Virus record (IMG/VR): IMGVR_UViG_3300021963_009201
Coordinates: 96,001-160,000 of that record
DNA: 64,000 bases
Reading direction: 5' to 3' (one strand)
Origin: a virus
Shown: positions 20,352 to 30,021 of the stretch, one piece after another
How the letters are laid out: every line of letters begins with the position of its first letter
Position numbering within the stretch: the first letter of the stretch is position 1
Position numbers and translations under genes: made by a program
The notes under the pieces: generated by a model
Databases searched by the model: none
What the model saw: the letters and a program-made list of their open reading frames with translations, nothing else
What the model was told of the DNA's origin: nothing

Positions 20352-20953
20352 AGTGTCTCAAACCATTCTAGGTTGGAATTGGCATATGCGTTTAAGCATA
20401 AGTCAACTCTGTACGAGATTTCTGCTAGTTCAACTCTTGTTACTTTAATTGAATCTGTTGATAGTGGGCTTGACATGTCTGGTAGGAAAGCTCCGGACGA
20501 TGATTTGTTTGCTTTGAAGTGTCCGCATTTGAAGACGAATGATGTTTGGTCGTATTCGTTCTCGCCTTTGCGCCAGTGATGGGATTTGAATATGCGTGAT
20601 ATTGGTTTCCCATCTTGGCCTGTACCGCCACCGTAGAATACTATACCTTCGCTTGTTGGTACTCCAAGTTTTTGGTTGGCTGGGTAGATTACTTCTCCGC
20701 GCCCGCTAGTCACTGTTTGCAGGTATGTTGCAAATAGTATTGAGTCAACAAATGTTTCTGTGTGAGATTTCAGGGATGCGTCTTGCCCTGTTGCGCCAAT
20801 ATCTATACGGAATTTTCCGATTGACAGTATTGGCTTGATTGATAAGAACCCACTCGCCGATGGAGATTTGAACCATTTTTTGTATAGGTCTGGTATTATT
20901 TTCTTATCGTTTGTTTCTACTACTATTTGTTCTTCGTCAAAGTTCAAATCCAT
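20348..20953 (-). CDS. hypothetical protein
   Basis: AAGGA RBS; directly downstream of the AAA gene. Confidence 0.65.
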   Translation of the reverse strand: MDLNFDEEQIVVETNDKKIIPDLYKKWFKSPSASGFLSIKPILSIGKFRIDIGATGQDASLKSHTETFVDSILFATYLQTVTSGRGEVIYPANQKLGVPTSEGIVFYGGGTGQDGKPISRIFKSHHWRKGENEYDQTSFVFKCGHFKANKSSSGAFLPDMSSPLSTDSIKVTRVELAEISYRVDLCLNAYANSNLEWFETL

Positions 20954-20961
20954 TTATTTCC

Positions 20962-22542
20962 TTAAAAAGATGTCATAATTGGTTGCCGTTTTCCACCAGT
21001 TTTCTTTCCACCCAAGATGATCTCTGCATCTTTTAGTTGGTCGGAAGATGCCCAGTCCCATTCGGCTATTGCGCGTTTGTACATGTCGAGGACTGTTTCG
21101 CGGTGTTTGGTCCACATGCGATTTTGTTGTGTCGGTATTAACGATTCAATATCGTTTTGTTCGACTTTACGTTTGTCTTTTACTGAAATCTTAAATTTCG
21201 CTTCACGAATAAGCGCTTTTATTTCAGCGCCTGTGAATGTATCTGACTGTTCCGCAAGTGTCTGTAGGTTGAATCGTTCTGAGTCTGCGCCAAGGTGGAT
21301 TCCGAAGATGCCAATACGCTCTTCTAATGATGGGAGTCCGACAAACATGATTTTGTCAAACCTGTCAGCGCGTAACATCTCTGGGGAAATGTGTCCAATT
21401 TGATTTGCAGCTGCCATCAGTAGTACATTGTCTGGTAGTTCTTGGATGCCTGTGAGAAATTCACCATGTACACGAGATGTTGTACCGCCATCACCTTGGT
21501 AGTCTCCAACGGAGAGGTCGCGGCCAAGTTCGTCCATCCAGATTACTAGTGGGGCCATGGAGCGAATTTGAGAGAACGCTGCACGCATTCGTTTTTCTGA
21601 CTCGCCGATGAATTTATCCATCATTTGACTAATGCCGAACTTGGCGAGGTCTAGACCAAGTGTTGATGCAGTTGCTTCACATATCGCAGATTTGCCTGTA
21701 CCTGGTATTCCGACAAATAGTACGCGCCGAAGAGGCATAATATCGAGCTCTGCGGCTTCTACGGGGTTGTTCCAGGTCCAGACAACATTGTCGATGAGCT
21801 CTTTGGCGAGGTCAAGACCGCCGATGTCGTTAAGTGCAATTTTGGGGCGACGTATTTCAAGGATGCCGCCCTGTTTTACTCGATCCATTTTCCACTTAGC
21901 GATGAATTCCGGGTCGACAGTTTTACGCTCGTTTATGCTGAGCATAGAGACTTGGATAAACTCTTGCTCGGTAAGACCAAGTCCCGCTTTAACAACCTTG
22001 TTGAGATCAAGATCTTGATTGAATAGTATTTTATCTTTAGAAAAGATTGAAGCAGAAAGGAATGTTAACTCAGATTCGGTCGGGTATCCAGGATGACACA
22101 CAACAAAATGTTTTGTTAACTCAGGTGGCACTTCATCATTGCAGGAAAGCGCAATAAATTGGGTTTCAATATTTTCCAGGTTATTAGATAGCACAGCAGT
22201 GCGGTATTTGCTGTAAGCCGTGAGGAAAAGACCAATAAGTTTTTCTGCTAATTGGTGAGCATTTTCGAAAATAAAACATGCCTTAGCGTCCATTACATGG
22301 TCGATAGCCATACCTAGGTCATGAATTGGCGCCTCTTGTAAGTCGCCTGCTTCTGCACTACCTATCTCGCCAAGAATTGTCTTCCATGTGTTGTCGCGCC
22401 AAACAACTAGACCATTAACAGCGTCGAGCCTGTACACGTCTTTTGTGCTGACGCTACATATTATTTCTGTTATACGCTCAGGTTCTAGGGTGTTTACCCA
22501 GATTAGAGGGGAACCAATGCGGATGTGTTGGATCATTTCCAT
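20962..22542 (-). CDS. AAA+ ATPase, Ycf46-like (degenerate N-terminal AAA domain plus active C-terminal AAA domain)
   Basis: Walker A GIPGTGKS, Walker B IWMDE, PEMLRADRFD arginine finger, FTGAEI. Confidence 0.9.
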   Translation of the reverse strand: MEMIQHIRIGSPLIWVNTLEPERITEIICSVSTKDVYRLDAVNGLVVWRDNTWKTILGEIGSAEAGDLQEAPIHDLGMAIDHVMDAKACFIFENAHQLAEKLIGLFLTAYSKYRTAVLSNNLENIETQFIALSCNDEVPPELTKHFVVCHPGYPTESELTFLSASIFSKDKILFNQDLDLNKVVKAGLGLTEQEFIQVSMLSINERKTVDPEFIAKWKMDRVKQGGILEIRRPKIALNDIGGLDLAKELIDNVVWTWNNPVEAAELDIMPLRRVLFVGIPGTGKSAICEATASTLGLDLAKFGISQMMDKFIGESEKRMRAAFSQIRSMAPLVIWMDELGRDLSVGDYQGDGGTTSRVHGEFLTGIQELPDNVLLMAAANQIGHISPEMLRADRFDKIMFVGLPSLEERIGIFGIHLGADSERFNLQTLAEQSDTFTGAEIKALIREAKFKISVKDKRKVEQNDIESLIPTQQNRMWTKHRETVLDMYKRAIAEWDWASSDQLKDAEIILGGKKTGGKRQPIMTSF

Positions 22543-22772
22543 TTTAGTCCTAAAAAGTAAGTTGTATATCGGTTTCGATATTTGAATCTTTAGCCCACTG
22601 GTAAAGATTGGTTTTTTGATTTGGGGTAGATGCCCTATAATACCTTATGAAACGGTAGTTATTGTCTTTATAGAATATCCCTGGTGGGAACCTAGCGCTG
22701 TCTTGAGGTTTTGTTAATACGGAAACGTTTGTAGTTCCAATCATAGTGGTGTACATTCCGTAGTATAGGGTT

Positions 22773-23300
22773 TTATCCATACGAATAATCGCTTTCCCTG
22801 TGGTGACCTTTTTCTTCTCTACTTGAGGCAATTTGAATTGCTTGTACTTTATCGAGAAGTTTTCTTGCGGATTCAGAAGCTATTCTGGCTGCAATTTCTT
22901 GAGCTTCTGCGAGCTCTATAATTGCCTCTAACGTTGAAAGTTCTATGTATTCTTTTTCTGCAGCAGCCATTGCATTTGCTTCGCGTTCTTGGGCATTCTT
23001 TGCGGAAGTTCCTAGCGCAGTTTTATATTTACGCTTGTATCTACCTTCTGCCAATTTGTAGTGGGCGCGCGCAATACCAGCAAATCTTGCAATCCTACCA
23101 TAGTTGTTTGAAGTGCGTGCGACTAAAGACATTAAATCTTGAACAGTTAGATCTACATCTGAACTTGTAGGCATCTCTATAAAAGAAGATCCTGCACTGC
23201 CTGGATCTGAAACTATTAAGGAGATTATTTGCTCTAGCTCTGGGCCAAGAACATCTATGAGTATCTGTTCTGCGCGATGTATTGGTGAGTCAGGGTTCAT
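22773..23300 (-). CDS. helical coiled-coil hypothetical protein
   Basis: Ala/Glu/Lys-rich heptads; AGGAG RBS. Confidence 0.6.
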   Translation of the reverse strand: MNPDSPIHRAEQILIDVLGPELEQIISLIVSDPGSAGSSFIEMPTSSDVDLTVQDLMSLVARTSNNYGRIARFAGIARAHYKLAEGRYKRKYKTALGTSAKNAQEREANAMAAAEKEYIELSTLEAIIELAEAQEIAARIASESARKLLDKVQAIQIASSREEKGHHRESDYSYG

Positions 23301-23370
23301 TATTCTCCTTTGCTTGGGGCCGGTCTACACTTCCGGAGCAATAGGTGTAGACCGGTTCCCTAGGCAATTA

Positions 23371-23709
23371 TCAGACGAAGAGCTCGTCTACTTCGGCGTT
23401 GGTAAGCTTCTGGATGTCTTCGACCTCATGGTCAATGACACGGCTACCGGTGATGCGAGCTGGGCGGAAAGACTTAATCGCTGACTCGCGATTAGGTGCC
23501 TCTACCCAGAAAGTACCAGTGATTTCGTAAACGCTTGAACCGTTGTTGCGGGTCCAGTTAGCCTTCATGGCTGCAGCAGAAGGGACGGTGATCTTAAGAG
23601 CCTTAGCAACCTCTTTGGTGCTCTTGCCCTTTTCGAACATCGAGACAGCCTTCTCTCGCTTTGCGTCGGTTAATGCCATTTTAAATTTCTCCTTGTGCAT
23701 TTTATGCAA
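23371..23709 (-). CDS. HTH DNA-binding protein
   Basis: GKSTKEVAKALKITVPSA. Confidence 0.65.
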   Translation of the reverse strand: MHKMHKEKFKMALTDAKREKAVSMFEKGKSTKEVAKALKITVPSAAAMKANWTRNNGSSVYEITGTFWVEAPNRESAIKSFRPARITGSRVIDHEVEDIQKLTNAEVDELFV

Positions 23710-23711
23710 AA

Positions 23712-24755
23712 TTATTGTATATTCTGATTATCGTAAAAGTTAGAGTTTGCGTTATTCAAAAGGCGTGTAAGTTCAGACAACGAATATTTTATCCATTCTT
23801 TTGGATTATTATTCGGAGTCAAACTAAACCAGCATGATTCCATTGGTGTAGATGTCGAATTGCCGCGATAGTGAACTACGCCTTTTGGAATAACGGCCAT
23901 ATTATTTTGCAGGTGCGTCTTAACTAGACACGACCAACTCATCCAAGCGCTATGTAATAGATCCCTATTACTGTATAGCAAATAGTGTCTGAATTCGTCG
24001 TAGGTAAGACAACCTATATCATACAAGTCTAAAAGATTTTCTGCAACTAAATTCCAGTATAGTTGTTTGGAGCTCCAGTTATCTCTAAAAGACATTGCAG
24101 TATTTGTAAACCTAATCCAACTACCCGAATGCTTTAGTCTGTCTTTTGTTGATAGTATAATTTCTATAGTTTCTTCGCCAAAGATAGACATAAGATCGGC
24201 GTGGATATAGCTTACGGAGCCACTTGCGGAAGATCGAATAGCATCTGTAAGGTTGCCATTCCATGTTTTTGCTTGTGGCCATTTTCTCTCAATTTGTTCA
24301 AAAGTAGAAACATTTTTTTCTACTAAAAACAAACGAGAGTAATCGATAGAAAAGTTTTCTATCAATTCTTGAGGTTCAACGGATAACTCGGGTAAGAGTA
24401 TACAATATCCGGAACTAAGATCTACATCTATTGATTTTTTTTCTTGAAGTGAGATCTGTCTTTTTATGGAGACATTATAGGAAGACTCTTCAATGAAGTC
24501 AATAGGTACGGAAATGCCTAAAAGGTCTAGACCTTTTCGTGTGGGCACCCATATATCTGCCCTTCTTCCCCTTTTACTTCTGGGGTGCAGGTCTTGCTTT
24601 CTTTTTATATATCTATTAGAGAGCAGTTCTATTCTTGAAGGCAGAAATTCGTGTTGAGTAACTAGTTTTGCGCTTCTTAATTCTGTAGAAGTAACTGCTT
24701 TATTTGACGCAATAAACCTAAGGAGTTTTTTTGCGCTAACGGAAATTTTATCCAC
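23712..24755 (-). CDS. winged-helix plus possible SAM-dependent methyltransferase-like protein
   Basis: N-terminal wHTH (W.PT.KG..LL); LFLVEKN..WNGNL..IHADLM Rossmann-like segment. Confidence 0.45.
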   Translation of the reverse strand: MDKISVSAKKLLRFIASNKAVTSTELRSAKLVTQHEFLPSRIELLSNRYIKRKQDLHPRSKRGRRADIWVPTRKGLDLLGISVPIDFIEESSYNVSIKRQISLQEKKSIDVDLSSGYCILLPELSVEPQELIENFSIDYSRLFLVEKNVSTFEQIERKWPQAKTWNGNLTDAIRSSASGSVSYIHADLMSIFGEETIEIILSTKDRLKHSGSWIRFTNTAMSFRDNWSSKQLYWNLVAENLLDLYDIGCLTYDEFRHYLLYSNRDLLHSAWMSWSCLVKTHLQNNMAVIPKGVVHYRGNSTSTPMESCWFSLTPNNNPKEWIKYSLSELTRLLNNANSNFYDNQNIQ

Positions 24756-24773
24756 ATATGCCTCTTGTTTCTC

Positions 24774-24814
24774 CTCTGCGGCAGAGAGCTTTTTGATCGC
24801 CCCCTGCCGCAGAG
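24774..24814 (-). other. 16-bp stem-loop after the Ubl stop codon
   Basis: CTCTGCGGCAG-GGGGC-GATCAAAAA-GCTCT-CTGCCGCAGAG; G-U pairs form on the - strand. Confidence 0.65.
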
Positions 24815-24830
24815 AAAACTAATGTGACTA

Positions 24831-25076
24831 TTAGCCCTTTTCGCCAGCGCGACGATGGAACTCAATGTTGTCACCAGACTGGATGACATAGTTGTCGTCC
24901 AGTTTTTCCTTACCCTTGTAAGCGTTTGCGTCGCCTGGGATGCCCCACATCGACCCAAACTGCTGACGAAGTTCAGAAACGCTCTTACCTACGTGATTAC
25001 CGGGATTGTTGTAAACACCGTAGCGGATCTGTGCTGAGCCACCGCTCTGCGATCCTGGGGATGATGCTTGCTGCAT
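24831..25076 (-). CDS. ubiquitin-like (beta-grasp) small protein Ubl-1
   Basis: GKSVSELR..W.IP..A..L..NYVIQSGDNIEFHRRAGEKG, terminal Gly; abuts the E1 gene. Confidence 0.85.
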   Translation of the reverse strand: MQQASSPGSQSGGSAQIRYGVYNNPGNHVGKSVSELRQQFGSMWGIPGDANAYKGKEKLDDNYVIQSGDNIEFHRRAGEKG

Positions 25077-25859
25077 TTATGCTCCTTGGTATACTAATTC
25101 GTTAACGTTAACGCTTCGGTCAAAACTCTGGGCTAACCCGGCTTCTAAGTCAAAGAAATATTCACAATTAGAAGCCGGATCATTACCTTCAACAATGACC
25201 ATATTAAACCGTGCCAGCAATGCTGCTGTTACGGCCATATTCGTGGCAAGAAGCTGCGTCCCTCCTTCGAGTTCAGCCCTCTCTTGACACGAAAGTTCAC
25301 CAGGGTTACGGTCAGGAGGATTTACGTACTCCTCATGCCAAACCGCAGGGTGATCTACCAGCTCAATACCATCACGCTTAGCGTAGTGGTACGTAGAGCC
25401 AAAGTACTTTTCATCATTTCCGCCCAAAAATACGTCGACATTATTAATTTTAGAGGCCGCATCTATTAGCTGTTTCCTTGCTTTGAAGTTATCAACTACA
25501 GCAAAAATGATATCTTTTTCGACAATTAAGTCAGAAGCAGCTATTTTTCCTGCCGGCTTAGAGCCATCTGCTTCCTTGTCATCATCTTTTGCCCCCTCAA
25601 CTTTATCGACTACCCAATATGGCATAGGGATTATAAACGTTTTGTCAAACTGGGGGACAAGTTCTGAAGCGAGAACTTCAGCTTTATTGCCTACGCCATT
25701 AAAAAACTGACGTTGCTTATTCTTTGCTTCGAAGTTGTCACCATCAACTATGACTAGCGCTGACCCTGGCATTCTCCATTCTAGAGTCATAGCGATAGAC
25801 CTAGAAAGCAGGGAGCCAATACCGCCTGCGCCAACGATAATTACTCTGCGCTCTTCCAT
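25077..25859 (-). CDS. E1-like ThiF-family adenylyltransferase
   Basis: VGAGGIGS, IVDGDNFEAKNKQRQ, NKAEVLA, VVDNFKAR, putative catalytic Cys in ELSCQER. Confidence 0.93.
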   Translation of the reverse strand: MEERRVIIVGAGGIGSLLSRSIAMTLEWRMPGSALVIVDGDNFEAKNKQRQFFNGVGNKAEVLASELVPQFDKTFIIPMPYWVVDKVEGAKDDDKEADGSKPAGKIAASDLIVEKDIIFAVVDNFKARKQLIDAASKINNVDVFLGGNDEKYFGSTYHYAKRDGIELVDHPAVWHEEYVNPPDRNPGELSCQERAELEGGTQLLATNMAVTAALLARFNMVIVEGNDPASNCEYFFDLEAGLAQSFDRSVNVNELVYQGA

Positions 25860-26431
25860 TAAAACTCCTCGTAATTTATGTGAATATAGTCATTTGTTGC
25901 TGCTGACGACAAACTTTGAATGACTAATTCATCTTGGTAATAATCTTCACATACTGTAATACCTGCACTGATTTTAGGGTTCTTTATGTAATGAATTACA
26001 AAATTACGCAAGGGTTTGCAGTATTCAGTGTATTGGTACGAGCATGTAAAGCAGTCATTGGAAAATGAGTCTTGATACACGTTTTCCCAAATATCTTGAG
26101 GGACTTCTTCTGTATCATCCCAGCTCACTGGGTATGAACATGTGCAATCCATCATAGACTCTTCGCAGCAAATCATTAAAGGATCACTTGATGCGTAAAA
26201 GTCTTTAATCTGTTCTATAACAACTGTTGGTGCAGTAGCAACAAAAAGATCCCAGTCTTCTTCAGTAAAACCAACGCCACACGATTCGCATGAGTGTTCG
26301 TTAAATTCGACTAGATCTTTGCAGTTGGGATTCAAACATTCAACTAGTAGAGCACTCTCGTTATGGGAGCTTGATGCTATATCTATATTGCAGTAGGGAC
26401 AATTGGGAAGATCTTCTTCCATTTCACTCAA
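25859..26431 (-). CDS. Cys-rich zinc-finger protein in the Ubl cluster
   Basis: CPYC..ECLNPNC..HSCESC..CC..CTC..CFTC..C. Confidence 0.65.
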   Translation of the reverse strand: MSEMEEDLPNCPYCNIDIASSSHNESALLVECLNPNCKDLVEFNEHSCESCGVGFTEEDWDLFVATAPTVVIEQIKDFYASSDPLMICCEESMMDCTCSYPVSWDDTEEVPQDIWENVYQDSFSNDCFTCSYQYTEYCKPLRNFVIHYIKNPKISAGITVCEDYYQDELVIQSLSSAATNDYIHINYEEF

Positions 26432-26481
26432 ATAGGAGTAACACTCAAGGCAGTAGCCGTAGTGCTCTTTATTTGAGTGAT

Positions 26482-27753
26482 TCAGCCTTTTCCCAGCGCA
26501 TCACCGACTTTATCTGCTGCGCAGTAAAGTTCGAGTTTATCTTGAGAGTTGTTTTTGGTCCATAAGTATATTGGTTTTTGAACGCTTCGTTCTATGTCGA
26601 TGTCGTTGGAAAACAGCCCCATTGCTTTGCGGTGTGCTACTACATTGGGTACAGTTTCGTTATCGAACATAATATACTGATGACAGGACAGGCATCGACG
26701 CTTATCTTTGTCTACTTTGACAAACTTCACGGAACAAAACGGACAATGTGTATCGTTTTCGCTGATGCAGGCGATAATAATATTATCTTTGATAGGGGGA
26801 AAATCTTCAGGAAGCGTAACTTCTTTAGCTTGAGGTACAGTGCTGTAGCCTGTAGTTGAAGTTCCACCCGCACCGTACCCGTAGGAATAGTCGGTATAAC
26901 CGTATGAGCCAACGCCAGTTTTTCCGTTAGCTGTAGGTGTGTATACTTTCTTGGAAACTTTACCCATCCATACATCAATATCTGGCGAAGGGTCAGATTT
27001 TGGGAATGAATCAAATACCTGCCCTGGGTCAAGAGAAAATACTCCACCAGGAGTTTGTAACTCAATATGGTATTCTGTAGCATTATTGTTAATATTCTTC
27101 CGCCAACCATAGGTTATATGAATACCCGGAAAATCTGCCTGATCTTTATGGTCAGTGCCGGAAGCAAATGCTGGCATGTTTGGGTGGCTGTGAGCGGAGC
27201 CGACTAGGTAGACATGTTCCGGCTTCTCTTTAGCTATAGACTCGTGGTCATAAGCACAGTCAGCCGCCGTGTTTGTTTGGTCGGGAACTAAAACTCCCCA
27301 TCCGTCGCCTTCGTTTTCGAGACCAAAAAAGTTTGGATCATAAGTAAGGAGTACTATCGACTCGGTGCCGTGCTTGTCTTCGACAGCCCTAAAGAAATCG
27401 TCCATTTTTTGAACCATTTCATAAGGAATTCTAGGAAGCGTATACTCTGCGCTAGTAGAAAGAGTTTCCAAGTTAAGTTCTTGTTCTGTTGCTACAGTAA
27501 CAGAACGGGAAATAATAGTGGAGACAACTTTGAAAATTGTCGGCCTTGTACTAGTCTTGGTCGTCTTATTAGTGTCTGTATAGCTATATTCTTCTACCGT
27601 CATTAAGTAGTAGAAGTTATAGCCATGGGCTTCAATATGTTGGCAAATATCATCTACATTTCCAACGAAGCATGGCATTCCATTTGGTAGGTCAAAATAA
27701 GTTAATTCTTCCAGCGGAATTAACTCAAACTTATCTTCTGATACTTCTGTCAT
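26482..27753 (-). CDS. JAB/JAMM metallo-isopeptidase with C-terminal Zn ribbon
   Basis: E...HSH-x7-S-x2-D (GTE...HSHPNMPAFASGTD); CPFC..CLSC. Confidence 0.92.
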   Translation of the reverse strand: MTEVSEDKFELIPLEELTYFDLPNGMPCFVGNVDDICQHIEAHGYNFYYLMTVEEYSYTDTNKTTKTSTRPTIFKVVSTIISRSVTVATEQELNLETLSTSAEYTLPRIPYEMVQKMDDFFRAVEDKHGTESIVLLTYDPNFFGLENEGDGWGVLVPDQTNTAADCAYDHESIAKEKPEHVYLVGSAHSHPNMPAFASGTDHKDQADFPGIHITYGWRKNINNNATEYHIELQTPGGVFSLDPGQVFDSFPKSDPSPDIDVWMGKVSKKVYTPTANGKTGVGSYGYTDYSYGYGAGGTSTTGYSTVPQAKEVTLPEDFPPIKDNIIIACISENDTHCPFCSVKFVKVDKDKRRCLSCHQYIMFDNETVPNVVAHRKAMGLFSNDIDIERSVQKPIYLWTKNNSQDKLELYCAADKVGDALGKG

Positions 27754-27776
27754 TACAGGTCCTTGTTGAGGTTAGT

Positions 27777-29279
27777 TTAAGAAAGTACTAGTTTTGCGTA
27801 GCAGCTTTTGCAAACTGGCTGCGAATAGTTATCGTCTAAATATTGAATATTTTCTTTATAAACAAGAGATTTACATTGGCAAATAGAGTATTCTGTTACG
27901 CAGTCTGAGCAAAGTTTAGCTAAAGACATTTCCTGGGTAAAAGGATCAAGGTGTTCAATCAGGGCAAGATCCTCGACTGCTGTAGGGTATGAACAGTTAG
28001 AGCAATGCTCAACTTTGGTACAAGCTACGCACATATCGTTACTGATTAACGATTCTTCATCTTCATGAAAACTATAACATTTCTGACACTGAAACAAAGT
28101 CACACATGAAGAGCAGTGAAAGTTTTCATTGTAAAAAGCCATGTCGGCATAATGCTTATGAGTGTCACATGAAACGCAAATAGCTAATTTTTCTTCTGCG
28201 CACCAAGTGCATGCATAACCGTTTTCAAAGCTTATAACATTTGAAGACCCATAGATTTCTCCGCAAAGTTTGCACGACGTAATGTGATCAGAAAACGGTA
28301 TAAGCGGCTTATGTTCTTCTGCTGTTTTTATCGTTTTGCTTTCAGCACTCCTAAAAGCGCTTTGAATCTTAGTCAATACATCTTTATTTGACGGAGGCTC
28401 AAGATCTTCTCGAATAAACTTTTGATAATTTTTTGGAGTATTTTGATCTCCGTAATATGCGCGGTACTTGCCATCTACCGCCATTCTCAATGTGTAGTAA
28501 GAACCATCTTCACCATCGTAGTGCTTCGTCTGATCATCAATATCTTTTACAATGACGGGAATCCAAAGGCTACCATCTAGGGTCCAATCAGCGCCTTCTT
28601 GGGATGATTTACCTTCCCAAGCCTCAGGGTCCCAGAGGTAATTATATTCGATATTGTTTTCATATTTCTCGGCGTAAAAACGTGGGCCATCTGTTTCTTT
28701 CATGTTGGCGTCATTATATGCTTCAGTGCCGCCAGCGCGCTCAACGAGATTTGCTATTTTTTGACCAAGGTTCAAGTGTGATATAGATGGTTTATTGTGA
28801 TAAAGACATATCCAGCCGACACCATTACCGTTGCCATAGCCTTTGCAATTTAAGTTTGGCAAGTTCACATGAAATAAAACTTGATCAAGACTAGTTATAG
28901 GTGTCGGAGAGTAAAAGTGTCTAGCACCAAAAAATTCATTATCAACAAAATCGCCAATTACAATACGATACGGCATTGCAAGGTCGTAGTGGACGGCTTC
29001 GGTATCCCCTTCGGAACCGCCCCATATGACCCTATATACGCCTGGAGTATGCTGAAATACTACCTGACAATGCCCAAGGGCTTGACGGATCATTAACGTG
29101 CCCGATCCGTCAAGCGGCAATATCCCGGTATCAAAAAATGCTATATCACTTATTGACTTAAAAACAGCATTCAACTCTTTTGTTTCAGTATTTTCTATAT
29201 TACCGACAACAATAGAATTTTTAACTCCCTGATCACTTAATTCAATAAAGGAACCTATTTTTGGGTCAACATATGACAT
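27777..29279 (-). CDS. prokaryotic E2-like domain fused to multiple CxxC zinc fingers
   Basis: LAMPYRIVI..LFHVNLPNLNC..GWICLYH; about eight CxxC pairs in the last 190 aa. Confidence 0.7.
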   Translation of the reverse strand: MSYVDPKIGSFIELSDQGVKNSIVVGNIENTETKELNAVFKSISDIAFFDTGILPLDGSGTLMIRQALGHCQVVFQHTPGVYRVIWGGSEGDTEAVHYDLAMPYRIVIGDFVDNEFFGARHFYSPTPITSLDQVLFHVNLPNLNCKGYGNGNGVGWICLYHNKPSISHLNLGQKIANLVERAGGTEAYNDANMKETDGPRFYAEKYENNIEYNYLWDPEAWEGKSSQEGADWTLDGSLWIPVIVKDIDDQTKHYDGEDGSYYTLRMAVDGKYRAYYGDQNTPKNYQKFIREDLEPPSNKDVLTKIQSAFRSAESKTIKTAEEHKPLIPFSDHITSCKLCGEIYGSSNVISFENGYACTWCAEEKLAICVSCDTHKHYADMAFYNENFHCSSCVTLFQCQKCYSFHEDEESLISNDMCVACTKVEHCSNCSYPTAVEDLALIEHLDPFTQEMSLAKLCSDCVTEYSICQCKSLVYKENIQYLDDNYSQPVCKSCYAKLVLS

Positions 29280-29282
29280 AAT

Positions 29283-29681
29283 TTAACTTTCGTTTAAATT
29301 CAAAAACTTATTTAAGGCTTCATCAATTTCTTCATCAAAGTCGCCAAAAGCCCAAGCTAACCAGCTCGGGTCAGATTCGGCTAGATCAAGAATTTCCTTG
29401 CGTTTCCTTAAAACGTCTAATGGCTCAAGAAGTTCGGCAACCCGGCTTAAACCTTTAGATAAACCAATAAGCTCTTCCTTGTTGTGGCTAATGTGCATAA
29501 TTGGAACAATTATTGGATTGCCATCTAAGGTAAACTTATTAACTATGTTATCAATTCGGGTTTCCAGCGCCTCGATTTGAAGATCTATTTCTTTTTTTGC
29601 GAAAGAAGCGCTGGAAGCGTTAAAGCGGAAAGTGTCAATAGGTTTTGACGCTTTATTATTTTCAAGTGGTTGATGTGTCAA
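29283..29681 (-). CDS. hypothetical protein
   Basis: Immediately upstream of the E2-Zn finger gene. Confidence 0.55.
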   Translation of the reverse strand: MTHQPLENNKASKPIDTFRFNASSASFAKKEIDLQIEALETRIDNIVNKFTLDGNPIIVPIMHISHNKEELIGLSKGLSRVAELLEPLDVLRKRKEILDLAESDPSWLAWAFGDFDEEIDEALNKFLNLNES

Positions 29682-30021
29682 ATCTAAATCCCTTGTGATT
29701 TTGACTTCGTTTCTGCAGGTAGTCTACTATTTCTCTTACGGACCACCATGCAGTGCATAGTGCAACTATGCTTCGAGTAATAAGTCTTATGATGTATTCT
29801 TCCTTAGTGCCATTAAATGGGTTTGTGCCGCCTGGGCCCTGAACGTCAAAGTAGATATTATCTAAGAAAAGTTGAATTTGCTTTACTGTTTCGGTTTTTT
29901 GTTCCATAGTCCAATTTGTTTTGAGTCTTGAGATTAATGTAATATGTCTTTTTAATTTTAAGTTCTAAGCGTCTATTTAAAAATTTAGAAATTGCTCCGA
30001 ATAATAATAAAGCAGTCATTG

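Noticed and set aside
24831-25859. ThiS/ThiF thiamine or MoaD/MoeB sulfur-relay interpretation
   Set aside because: No thiG, moaE, rhodanese or cysteine desulfurase nearby, while JAB and E2-like genes are adjacent; conjugation fits better, though sulfur transfer is not formally excluded.
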